A stretch of 64,000 nt of DNA, from positions 620,001 to 684,000 of the forward strand of contig ML978125.1 in NCBI GenBank assembly GCA_010015805.1, written 5' to 3'. Source of the DNA: Rhizodiscina lignyota (taxonomy: Eukaryota). The notes beneath the pieces are model-generated. The model ran no database searches and was not told the origin of the DNA. It was given only the letters and a program-made list of their open reading frames with translations. Shown here piece by piece: positions 1-12,180 of the stretch. Every line of letters begins with the position of its first letter. Position 1 is the stretch's first letter. Both the position numbers and the translations under genes were made by a program.

Positions 1-1520
1 AAACTGTTGTATGCCTAATACTGTTCTTTGCGCGCCGCCTGGTTTTCGCATTCAACACTATCATTGCGTTGTTCAAGATCATATTAATGGTCTTTATTTT
101 CGTAGCGGGAATGGTGCATGCGAGTCGCGGCTCGAATTCCGGGTTTAAAGACTTCAACAAGGAGTATCCGGGATACAGCAATTCGCAAGCACTCACTGCT
201 ATGGTCTATATCATTCTGTGTTACCAGGGCTGGGATAACGCGAACTATGTAAGAGAGCATCCGATCAGCCAATGTGCGATTACGCTAAGATTACCAAGGT
301 CACCGGCGAGGTTCACAGGACCAAGCAGACATTGAAATGGGCTAGAATCACAAGTATATCTATCATCGGTGTCTTGAACACGCTAGCGACCTTAGCTTTT
401 GTAAGATTTCTCATTAAAAGCAATTTGCTAGGGGAGTCGGCTGACATCATATGCAGTATAGCGTTGCGGACTTTGCAACGGTCACAAATGCGGACGGACA
501 AGCTAATTCTGCACTCCAGTGGGCACAGATCGTATGTATCCTTCTGTTTGAGCTCACGATCAGGGTGCTTAATGTTCAGTCAGGTCTTCGGGTCTTCCAG
601 GGGAATGAATATAGCGACAGGCATAGCTAGTTTTGGTACACTGGTATTTATCACGTACACAACAGCAAAAGGTATGATACTACATATACAACCATTTCAG
701 CCGCTAACCGGGATCTAGTCAAACAAGCTATTGCCTGGCAACGCATCATCCCATTCTCCAACTTCTTCGGCCGACAGGATCCATATTTCGACAGTCCTGG
801 CGGTGGCCTCTTTCTCCATTGGATCATTAGCGTGATTGCCATTTTGGCCCTTGGTGACATGGGTTCAGAGTCGAGACTCTTCTTTAGCGGTATCTACTCA
901 TGGGGCTATCAAGTTATGTTTGGTGAGTTTTAATGCATCCCGAGAATAATTGCTGGTGGCATAATTGACTGGTGCAGTGTTCTTGGGTATTGGTCTCCTG
1001 CGATTGGAATACCGCATGCGCCTGTACGACGACAACTGGAGGCCGTCATATCTGAAGAACAAATTCGTACTGATATTTGTTGCGGCCATATTCGTCGGCA
1101 TCAACATAGTGATTTTGGTAATCACAGCACTTCCGAATGACCCAGGACAAGTTGCCTGCTTCTATTGGCCGGTCGCTATTGCGGGTACCGTAGTTTTCAG
1201 CGTCATGTATTGGGGCATTCTTCGCGTGTTTCAGCCAGACAATTCCAAGCACAGGAAGGCTCTGGCGTCCCGAGTCGGCTTCGAGGTTAATGTGTACGAG
1301 TTGGGAGATGAAGTGCCAGACGACATGAGGTTCGCAATGTATGAGGCCGGACTAGATGGTTCCAAACGCAGAGTACAGTACAAGGTATGATATTACAGAT
1401 CTCAGAGCATCCTCGAAGTTCTACAGCTAAGCACCTTTCTAGGTCTCTGGTCCGATTTCGCGGTGCCTTTCTATCATTCAAAGCGTCAAGAACTCTCTCC
1501 TCAGGTTCTTGGCTTATTAA
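1..1520 (+). CDS. APC-superfamily amino-acid permease (MUP1/LAT-like), 5'-truncated by window edge, multi-exon
   Basis: Introns at 249-298, 401-456, 532-583, 672-718, 923-978 and 1385-1442 join a hydrophobic multi-TM reading frame with YQGWDNANYVTGEV, KQAIAWQRIIPFS and PGGGLFLHWIIS. It ends ...RRVQYK|VSGPISRCLSIIQSVKNSLLRFLAY* (TAA 1518-1520). Confidence 0.8.
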
Positions 1521-2084
1521 TAGCGTTCTGCCTTTAGTGTTAGCTGCAGAGTACATCAGGAATAAGGCTGAGTACATACTCAAAAATCTGAATATATTGC
1601 TGATCGCGGGATAATATTTGAACTGGTTTCTTGTTCCTCTTTACTGCACAAGTACCTGTTGGCCTTGTTGGCACAGTGTACTCGGCTTAAATCGGTCTAT
1701 CTCTCCAAGCCAGCGAGGGGATGCCTCTCCACAAGGACAATCTGACTGAAGCACCGTTCTAAAGGTGCCAGCATTGCACCTCTGTTGATGTATGGTCAAA
1801 ACAAAGCCGTGCACTTGTAGCCGAAGCCGCAGCATTTTTCAGCGCAGTGCCCACGATATAAGGCAAACAAGTACGGTATTCGGGGGTGAATTGGATGCTT
1901 CAAAGGGCATCGCCCAACATTTCTGCTCTGGAAAACCTTCATTCCAGGCCACGGATAGATGCTTCCGCATTCATTAGATGCTGCCACAGTCAGAATGTTG
2001 TCGTATATCAATTCTAATGATTGACTTCACTTACATATGTCGAGAATCGAGATCGAGACTATCTTACTTCTGCTCGCCGATGTG

Positions 2085-2490
2085 TCATTCTTGCCAGTAA
2101 TCCCTCTGCGAGAAATAGCCTGGATAACTCTGCTCTTGCAGGGAGGTAATTTCTTCCTGTCGTTGAAGCACCAAATCAGTCTTGCAGAGACATCGAACAC
2201 CATACAAGAGGACGTACAGCAGTGAGATATCGTAGTATATAGATGACATGATGGTCGTGAAGTGTCTGTTTCACAGCAGGTCAGTGTCCCGAACCGATGG
2301 TACAACACGTGGGACGTGTGGCGCGCACCGTTCTCCTCCATTGCGCCCCGAACTCGTGGATATTGGCTCTGATGTATTCATCCAATATCCGGGTCCTGAT
2401 ATACCGCTGATCCAGCGTCTGAACCAAGTATTGCTGGGTCGTTGGAGCCGCCGACGCGTCGTTCGATGTGGTACCGTGCTGGCTGCTCAT
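2085..2490 (-). CDS. Small hypothetical protein, 93 aa, three exons (2490-2329, 2265-2218, 2156-2085)
   Basis: Two canonical phase-0 introns (2328-2266 GTGCGC..CTGAC..CAG; 2217-2157 GTACGT..CTGAT..CAG) give MSSQHGTTSNDASAAPTTQQYLVQTLDQRYIRTRILDEYIRANIHEFGAQWRRT|TLHDHHVIYILRYLTA|EEITSLQEQSYPGYFSQRDYWQE*. Confidence 0.7.
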
Positions 2491-3058
2491 TTTGACGTGA
2501 AGACATGGCGGACGTGCAATGCGGATGAGAGACATGAATGTGATCAAGCGCCACGCCTGTGATGGTGGGCGGGCCAAGTTATGGGAGCGCCCATGTTGAT
2601 GACTTATGCTAGTTACTGGACAGAATCCCGATGCCTCGTTGCCTGTCAGTCGGTCCGCATTGCCTTGACGCCAGTTGATGCCCTGCCCCGCTCCTTGAGA
2701 CTGGGCTTCCAGCACCCCTGCCCACTGCAGCCTTGAAAGGCATCGTGGGGGTTCGAAAGTGAGGCTCCGCGACACTTTTCTCCCTTCGAGTCCCAACTTC
2801 CACCATGTAGTGCCGACGAGGATTCTTCACAGCCTCAAGCCGCGACATGGAGCTGAATTGATGCTACATATGCCCCTGACGACGACATCTTTGCTTGCAG
2901 TGCCAGCTGCGTCTCTTCAAAGCATAGTTTCCTCGTCATCCCTTGACCTGACGGTGAACAACACCAACTGACACGTTATACGACGCGTGCGAACTCAACA
3001 TAGCCTCCACACGTCATCGCGGGCCGGACCGCTCAGTGGAGCGCTAGCTTGCGCTACC

Positions 3059-5303
3059 ATGTCGTCCGACTATCCAGATGACGGCCAGCATGATTCGCCG
3101 AGTCACGGCGCGAATGAGAGCGACGACGACAGACATGCTGTTCACGATACAAGACAGGTCACTGACATGAGCCGACATTTTACGCTTCGAGCGCTAGGTG
3201 TTGGCCTCCTGATCGGCATTCTTATTTGCATTTGCAATACCTATTTCGCCCTTCAAACTGGATGGGGCAGTGGCATGGTCATGCCCTCTGCCCTCCTCGG
3301 GTTTGCAATCTTCAGGGTCGCATCGCCATATCTGCGCCTACCGTTCACACCAGAGGAAAATGTACTCGTTCAGACAGTTGCGGGCGCAGCTGGAACGATA
3401 TCCATGGCGTGTGGGTTTGCTGGTGTCATGCCTGCACTCGACTTCCTATTGAAACCGAGCGAAGGCGCTCCAGTAGACCTCAATCTCGGAAAACTTATCA
3501 TATGGAGTATTGGGACTTGCATTGTCGGCTCGGTCTTCTCTCCAACCTTGAGAAAGCACATCGTCTTGCAAGAGAACCTGAAGTTTCCCAGCGCTACGGC
3601 TGTGGCCTTCTTGATATCAGTCCTTCATGGAACTGAATACAAAGCCGAGCGGCATGAGTCAGATGCTGTTAGGTCAGGGGAAGACGAGATGGAAGGTTTG
3701 CTGCGCGATCACCAGGATGAATCCGAGGAATCCATGGCTCGAGAGCTTTCTGGTACCGGTGCTGACACGAGCGACTCTTTCCACAGAGGAATAGGGTCTA
3801 ATGCTTTTGACGACAAGAAGGAGAATGGAACTTACATCCACGCGCTGGTCTGGGCATTCGTAATATCTGCCTCTTTTGTAAGAACTCACTGTGGATTTCA
3901 GCTTTGGTGATTGCTTATGTATGCAATAGACTTTGGCATCATACTTCATTCCCCAGCTCCGCAGTTTGCCCATCTTTGGTGGGGATCTAGCAAGACACTG
4001 GCTGTGGACGCTCGACCCATCTCCTGCTTATGTTGGTCAAGGCATTATCATGGGCCCAAGTACTACTCTACACATACTCCTTGGTGCAATCATCGCATGG
4101 GGAATCCTCTCCCCGCTGGCTGTTCACAAAGGATGGGCCACAGCGCCGGCCGGCGACCTGCAAGGTGGAAGCAGAGGCTGGGTGATGTGGATCGCCCTCG
4201 CCGTCCTCCTTGCAGACTCGTTGCTAAACCTCGCCTGGGTACTACTGAGAATTATCGCAAGCATTAGTCTCGCGACTAAGCGACGCCTGGAGAATAGCAA
4301 AAGGACCGGTAAACCGTGGTGTGATACCCTCGGGATACATAAACTTCGCTATTCTCTATGGAGTGTTCTGCAGCCAAACAAATCCGCGGTAAACGGCTCA
4401 AGAGATCAAGATACTGCTTCCAACGGCTTAAAAGCAACGCAAGATTCGTTTCTATCTCCTGGAATAATGGCAATCCAGCTAGGGTTTGCGCTTCTCTTCT
4501 GTCTCGCTTGTGTCAAAATTACCTTTGGCGCGTATCTGACTTTCCCCGCAACAATTGCATCTGTCCTGTTCATGCTCCTGGCTGGTGTCATGGCCGTGAG
4601 GTCTCTCGGCGAGACCGACGTCCTTCCAAACTCCGGCATTGCCAAACTAACTCAACTGGTCTTTGGACTCATCACTCCAGCCTCTTATCCTAACGCCATT
4701 ATCATCAATCTCCTCGTCGGCTCAATGTCAGAGAACGGATCCGAACAAACAGCGGATCTAATGTCCGACTTCAAAACAGCGCACCTCCTGAACGCTTCCC
4801 CGACAGCACAGTTCTACGGTCACGTCATAGCCAGTATTTTCGGCGCCATCATCGCTCCAGTCGTCTACCGGCTTTACGCATCGGTGTACGATCTCCCAAC
4901 CGGACTGTTCCAAATACCCAGCTCCTATCTTTGGCTCCTCAGCGCTCGACTGCTTACGGGGCAGGGTCTGCCGAGCATGGTCCCGCAGGTAGGAGCTCTC
5001 TTTGGCTGCGTATTTCTGCTCATCACCGCCTTGAGAATATTTGTTGCTCGACATCCTTCTACGCATGTTCAGCGTTGGCACAGCTTTCTGCCTAGCGGGA
5101 TTGGTGTGGCGATAGGAATGTACACTACACCATCATTCACCTTGTCGAGGGTCGTTGGAGGCGTGCTGGGATGGTATATTATGCGACGGAATCCAAAAGC
5201 GAAGACCACACTCATCGTGATGGCATCAGGGTTGATATTAGGCGAAGGGATCATGAGTATAGTCAACTTGTCCTTGGCCAGTTTAGGGATACCCCATTTG
5301 TAA
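3059..5303 (+). CDS. OPT-family oligopeptide / YSL-like transporter
   Basis: Exons 3059-3877 and 3930-5303, intron GTAAGA..ATAG. Motifs NTYFALQTGW, PFTPEENVLVQT, SPAYVGQGIIMG, DLMSDFKTAHL and ASGLILGEG; many TM segments. Confidence 0.9.
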
Positions 5304-5523
5304 TGAGTTATGAACGTTCAGGAAAAATTCAAATTGTATCTCTTCAATGTCAACGCAGGCGGTTTTACCAGAGGTCGCTGTTGGGTAAACACCATATCTT
5401 GAACGGCTTCACCAGTGACACATGATATATTTCGGCCAGACTACTTTTATTAAGATGCTGCTCCGCGGATCCAGTCACTCTATCGGATAGACATCAAACC
5501 ATTAACGGGCTGGCTTCCTCAAT

Positions 5524-8500
5524 TTAACCCGCAAGGACCCTCCTCAACATCCCCACAAACTCATCCTCCATCCCATAAATCTCCTTAACCTCAGGCTTCT
5601 TCGGCTCGCCCGCGCTGCGCTTCAACCGCTCTGCATGCCTCTTCCTCCTATTCCTCTCCGCCTTAATCGGATCAATCTCCTCCTCCTCGTCCGTCTCACT
5701 CCCCTCATCATCATCATCCAGCCCATCCTCATCACTATACTCCATCTCCTCCAGATCAAGACTATTCATCCCGAAATCGCTCGCCGTGAAGCCCGCCTTC
5801 CCGAGACCGGGTATGTCGTCGTGCGCCTCGGGCCCGATTCCGCCGTCCGCAGCCATCTTCTGCCGCGTCTTGTCCTGGTGCCAGCGCTTGCGCGCCGCCT
5901 GCCACTTGATCAGGCTGTTGATTTCGCGCATCGACTTGCGCCCGTCGATTTGCCCGGCCGTATACGAGTCTGTGAACAGCTTGTTCATGTCGAGCTTCTC
6001 GCCGCTGCGGGGCCCGTTGCGTAGGAAGTCGAGGATGCCCTCGACCCAGCTCATCAGCTGGTCGAACAGGCCGTTGTCGTGGATGTGCACCTCGTGCACG
6101 AACTTGTAGAAGTTGTGCTCGTGTCTTGCGCATAGGTCGATGAATGCCTGGACGGTCTGGTTGGGGTCAGCGGAGAGGGACTGGTGCTGTGCCGCGGAGA
6201 TGACTTTGATGGCGTCGTCGACGAAGACGGCGAAGTCGGTGATGGAGTTGTAGACGTTGGCGGATTTGTAGACGCGGACGAGGGGTTCGTAGAAGATGGT
6301 GAAGAGGGAGCGGAAGAGTTTGAGGGTGTTTGGCTGGAACATCTTAGTTAGGATCGAAATTGCGGCACTTTACTTGGGTTGTATCTGGACCGGGGCTTAC
6401 CTCTTCGATCAGCTGCAGCATCATCTCCTTGTCTCTCTGCCGCATATGCAGCTTTAGCAACTGCTTGAGATGTGCAAATAGCACCGCGCCCTGCTTCATC
6501 TCCTCGTCGATATTTTCGACTGCATTATTCCACGCCACGTAAGCGTTGAATACCTTGGCCACTTGCTCTTCATCTAGGTCCGGTTGAATGAGCTCGCATC
6601 GCAACAGCGCCACGACAATATCGACCTGGTCATCCTCGGCTTCCACTCGGATTACCTCCTTTACGGTCCCGTCTGCTTGTGTATAATTCTTGATCTTCTC
6701 GCTCAGTACCTGATCGTCTATCTTGACCTCCACGGCCTCTATCTGCCTTTGCATCTGACGGATGCCATCGTGAATGGCCATACCAAAGACACGCTGGAGC
6801 AAACTCTTAGTTCCGAATGGTTGGGCGAGAAAGAGGTCCAGTACGCCGCTCATGACGGCAGCGGGATTTGCAAGTCTAATGACGTTCTTGAGAACAGTGT
6901 AGGGTATCATAGAATGTATGCGCCTGGCTTGCGCAAAGAGGTCAGGAGAATTGTCTTCGGCGAGGAATAAATGGTACAATGTCGCAGCGACTTCTATTCG
7001 GAGCCATTCCGCGAATTTTTGGTACTCTGGCCGTAGCTCTTGTATTGTGTTCTTTTCTCTGACTTCCTGGAAAAGTTTTCGGAGGCCATCTTGTGCCTCT
7101 CGTTAGCGGTGGCCACGTATCTCAATACCGAAGAACTTACTGCTCTCGACAATCTCCCGTCTAAACTTCTCCATATGTTCATCCAATTCCGCTGCTCTTT
7201 GTCTCGCTATCTCATAGAACTGCCTCTGCTCGATAATCCTCTTCTCATCCATCTCCTTGCGCCTCTCGCAGTCGCCCACCTCGTCGTCGGTCAACGTGAT
7301 CGGATCATGCGTCAAGAACTCGTGCATAGAATTACTCGATGCGATATTCGGGTTCTGTAGCAGAGTGCGCAGAAATGCTCGGAGAGATATTCGCTGCTCT
7401 TCGCGATACAGCATTGTCGAGGTAAGAGGAGTACGTGGGACATCTCCAGAAGGGCGTGGCGAAGCTGTGCCAGGTGACTTTAAAGATGTTGCGGACGCAT
7501 TGCGCCTATGACCGCCACCGAAAGGGAGATAACTTCTCAGACTCGAGCCATACGATGCCGCAGCTGCTGGTTCGAGAGAATCCGTGTTCGCAGGATCGAA
7601 GGGAGCTGGTGCGAGCTCTGTTGTGGTGTCCATGGTCGAAAGCGATGAGACTGAATCGGAGTCGTCTGCATCGGTGGAATGGAACGCGGAATCCCTTCTA
7701 TTTTTGCGAGGGACTGGAGGGAGGACCTTGCCAGGCATCTCCAAGCGTAGACGCTTGTTCAGTTGTTGGAAATCTGAGTAGCGTCGACCGACGTATATGT
7801 CGTCTTTCCCAGCCTGCTTTACTCGCAGGAGGTATTCCTGTATGGAAATATCAGTTCACCAGTCTTGAGAATGTTCTCAATCGGAGGGGTAATAATATAC
7901 CGCGTGTACATGTGTCCTGACGTGCCTCTTCACGTTCTTCTTCCTCACGCCCGCGACATTGATATCCCAACCGTTGATCATCCTGCCTTCAGGCCTATTC
8001 GCAACGAGTCCATTCTCGTCCGCGCCTCTATCCACGACTTCAATTTCACTGAATCTGATCCTCTCTTCATATCCACTGGCGGTCGGGAGCCCACTGACCA
8101 TCATCAGTTCCATGAGCTTCTCCGCCTTGTTTGCCAACTTCTTGCGCTTCGTCATCTCTAGGCGGTCTTCTGACGAAGAGATGTTCTTGTTGGCGAACGA
8201 CTCGAGAAAGACCTGCAGCTTGTCCTGCCAGAACTCCTTCTCTCGCGCTTGATCGAGGAATGGGAAATTGCGGACGTGATTGACGAAGACATAGCGCAGG
8301 ATAGGAAGATCAGAGTCTTCGGGCTTTACTTCGCCTTTGTCTGAGCGGAAGGGGGCGCCGAAACGTTGGAGAGCGGTAGGAGAGGCGAGATCGTTGATTT
8401 CGCGCTTTACTTGCTGGGAGAGGAGTTCGCGTTTGAGGTCTGTCAAGTGTATAGTCAGCATCTGCTCTATCCCATAGCAATAAAATACACCAAATTGTTG

Positions 8501-8760
8501 TAATTCGGCCGAGTCTACCTACAGTGCTCTTGCTTCCCCGTCAAGACCGACCCTGGCGGTGGTAATGACATTGTTGAATTCGTAGTCATGTATGAGGGGA
8601 ACGACCGCTCTATTCTCATCCTCCTCTGAGCATCCGGGCTGCTGTCTGTGCCTGCGGTTGAAGGCGTGGCTCCCGTAGCGTCGCCATTAGCTTTCGCCGT
8701 TGAAGAATCCATATCAGTGCTTATTTTTGGGGGTTGAGGGGTAGTCGCGCTCTCCGCCAT
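5524..8760 (-). CDS. PX-domain protein with PXB and DUF3818 domains (yeast YPR097W/Lec1-like)
   Basis: Five exons (introns 8522-8440, 7900-7838, 7140-7090, 6400-6334). N-terminal QEHYLKRELL and FPFLDQAREKEFWQDKLQ, PX motif RRYSDF, YREEQRISLRAFLR, and the DUF3818-type region IFYEPLVRVYKSANV. Confidence 0.85.
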
Positions 8761-9740
8761 GGCGAAGGAATATGCAGCAAGAAAGCTCGAAACGCGGTGG
8801 ATTTAAAGTGAGGGAGGAAGTGTTCGAGAGCAGATGGAGTGGGAAACGTGGACGGTCTAGTGGACGTGATCCAGGCGCGTGGTCGTGTAGTGGAGGGTGC
8901 TCGGTCGGAATGGCGTGCAGGCGTGGATCCCCGCGCTTCGAGAGCAGTCGCAGCTCAGAAGTGCCTGGTGAACGACTCAACGAGTGACGGCGCGGTTAAA
9001 GGAGCGGAAGGAGGACTGAACAGGCTACATAGAGCGCTCCAGGCTCGGCCGAGCGCATTCAAATGAAGTTGCGGTCCCTTGGATGCCTCCTCACTCAGCT
9101 GGGAAGCTTGGACGGTGCCCAGATTTGGTGCACTCCGTGTGACGAACGCCCAGCCAACGTCGTGCGCAAGCCTCGAGCGCTCCTCAAGAAGTGGCTGGTT
9201 GGCCACTTGGAACTTACGCGTCCTTCAGCACCCTCACACCGTTGCCGCTGTCTCTTTGTTCCCGATATCACGTGTAACTTGCGAAGTTCGGTCAAAGGAA
9301 CGGTACCGCCGTACCGGGCATGCTAAAGCTGTAGCATACCGCACACCCGGCGTGTGGGGAGGGGTTCACGATGCTTAGATAATTTGCACCTCTATGAGGA
9401 AGGATCGTTCGAGTGCGTTTAATGAATTGTATCGAGTATACTGCTTCAACTTCTCACTGTCACGAATTTTGTATAAAGGCCTTCATTTTGTCTAGTGTTG
9501 GGCACGTCTTCCAACGTCCATGATTCAGGACAATTACAAATTTAGGCTAGTTCTCTTGATAAAACAGTCTTTCTTATCTCTTCTGTCTCTGGAAGAGCTT
9601 TTCGTCCAGATATCACTGGTTTCATGCCCTGACTAAATATCTCGTACTGGCCTCTCTCTCCGTCAATCATAACCCTCAAAGACTTACCTGGACACGAGCC
9701 CCAATTGCGCCTTAGTCACTCTCGACGCGAAAGAGACATC

Positions 9741-11016
9741 ATGAGCAAGCGCGCCTACGTCGTGTATTGCATTGACGTCGACGCCTGTTCGCCGTGGATC
9801 AACACCGGCGACGGCTCGCTGGCAGACTCGACGTCCCTCTCTCGCGGTGTGTTTGGTGCTACCATTGGCCTCGATCGGCTGTTGGCGTTCTTCAAGCGCA
9901 ACGGGAATATACCGGGTACCTTTAACATCCCCTCGCACACCATTGAATCATTCCCAGAACAGGTGGCCAAGATCCTGGAGGATGGACATGAAATTGGCTT
10001 ACATGGCTACACGCACGAGTCCCCAGCCTCACTCACCGAAGAGCAGGAGCGGGACGTCCTAGCCAAATCGATAGAAGTCTACAAGCGCTTCACCGGCGGC
10101 CGTCACCCAGCCGGCTACATCGCCCCAAGCTGGAAGGCGAGCTCGCGCACGATCCGGCTGCTCGAAGAGTTTGGAATCCGCTATGACCATAGTTATATGG
10201 CGCACGACAGTCAGCCGCATTGGGCTGCGGACCTGGGCGACAACACTACCGCCACGGATTTCGCGAAGCCAGCTAGCACGTGGATGGCGCCGATGGGGAA
10301 GATCCAGACCAGGGATGTGGTTGAGATCCCGGGCAATTGGGATGTCACTGACTTCGGTGAGTGTTTTTAATATTCTCGAGAGTGACAAATCCGTTGGCCG
10401 CCGCGGGAAGTTGTAACGCCTAAGGGCAGACAGCTCTCACACGTCATTGCTAGCGAGACTGGTTCTGGAAGCTCGATCCTGTGTGCTGTGGAGTGTACTA
10501 AACATCAACATCCCGTTGAAAATCATGTACACTGTACTACTCGAAGAGGCTTCACACCAAAGCCCGTCGGGCAAACTGTAATGCCTGAAGGTGGGAGCAG
10601 ATCTGTCTGAGAGGAAACGATGAAAGAGAGAAGGAGATCTGCGCCGACGTGAGGAGAAATGCCACTCATGAAGAAGCTAATCACGTCTTATAGCCGCGTT
10701 CAACTTCATACCCGGTGCACCGAGCTCGCACGGCTTCGTCAGCCCCCACGTGATCGAGCAGAACTGGAAGGACATGTTCACGGGCTTGTACCACGAGTAC
10801 AATGATAGTTCGGAGCAGCCGCCGCAGGGCTTCGTCTTCCCCATGACGATCCATCCGCAGTCGAGCGGAAAGCCGCACATTCTTGCGATGCATCAGCGTT
10901 TCGTGGATTGGTTACGCTCCGAGTGGGAAGGAGTCGAGTTCGTGACGTGCGAGCACGTTGCGAATGAATTCAGGGCTGGGAACATAAAGGGGTGGGAGTT
11001 GAAGGGAGGCGTGTAA
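9741..11016 (+). CDS. Polysaccharide deacetylase (CE4/NodB fold; HP0310/PuuE-like subfamily)
   Basis: Exons 9741-10356 and 10694-11016. Motifs IDVDA, GHEIGLHGYTHE, GYIAPSW, YDHS, VEIPGNW, SHGFVSP and FPMTIHPQSSGKP. Confidence 0.85.
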
Positions 11017-12180
11017 ATAGTCGCACTCGCCGGCGGATGACTCGGCCCTGAAGCCACAGCCTCGTGATATCAATCATCTGGAGGTTGCTGTTAATACCCT
11101 TAAAGGCTCGAATCTGAAAAACACTGCCATCTCCCATACAAATTTGAGCAGTGTGTAAACTCGTAGAGATGCTCTTCTGATTATACACGGGTTGAGCCTT
11201 TATTGCCAGATATCTCTGGGTTGAAGCAGGGAAAAGTTGATGTACGCGCTCTGATCTATGCTGGATTGAGCAGGCGTTTATTGCTGCATATTTTCAAGTT
11301 GAAAGAGCGTTACTTCGCATTCGAACTGTTCAAAGGAACGTATTTCAATATGACTGGAGGTTCCTTTGCTTCTCACTTAGCATTGGATGAATTTAATGGA
11401 TCTTAATAGCAGGCATACCCAGATCCGACTCAACTCTATTGCGGAGGTTTTACCAAAGACCTGAAGGCCTATCCACTTCGGAAGTGAAAGCATTGTGTGA
11501 AGGCTATGGTACAGCTCCCATATCCTTTTTCGGGCTAGGGATCAACATCTCTGAAGATCCATATATCCATGCTCTGAACTGTATTCGAACAAGAAACACT
11601 TAGGTAGTGAGTACATTCCATCAATACAGAAGAGCCTTAGCCCGCGACCAGCACGGTCCTACTAAGATTCAGTAGGGTACAGGGAACCCGGAGAGTGAGT
11701 GAAGAGTTCCCAAACCTGGGTGCAGAGGTATCTAACATTAGGTGCCTGGGTGCCTAAGAGTGGGTACTGAGGTACCCGTCATCGTTGGAGGCTAGTTATT
11801 CAACACCTGAATCCTCGTCCTCATCCCATGTGTACAGCTTGAACACCATCAAGGCAGAAGTGTTCAAGCCCAATTACCCTGTGTTTGTAGAGCATCACCT
11901 TACTTATTCATCGGATCTCCTCACGTGCCTGGCGACGACTTGGGCAAATACCATGTGGCGTTTCGTCGCTTTCCATTCACTCTCTATGCTGCATGGACGG
12001 TAACCCTGTTCAGATATGTCGTGATATAGCACAAAGCACAGGCACGCCACCCTCGATACTCATGTGTTCACCGTTTGATCGCTTCCATTTTAATTCGGGG
12101 ATCAGGGAGACAAGTCTCCCTGCCTATCTAGAAGCCTAGTCGTCGTATTTTTACTACTACCGCACCGCCATCATGAGAAA

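Noticed and set aside
1385..1398. Apparent 14-nt micro-intron GTATGATATTACAG linking the permease to ORF 1387-1614
   Set aside because: Too short and has no branch site. A normal 58-nt intron (1385-1442) with branch GCTAAG gives a sensible last exon.
10600..10630. Hammerhead- or TPP-riboswitch-like words (CTGAGA..GAAAC) in the deacetylase intron
   Set aside because: I could not build the three-way hammerhead junction, and the TPP P4/P5 consensus (CUUGAU..GGAUAAUACC) is absent.
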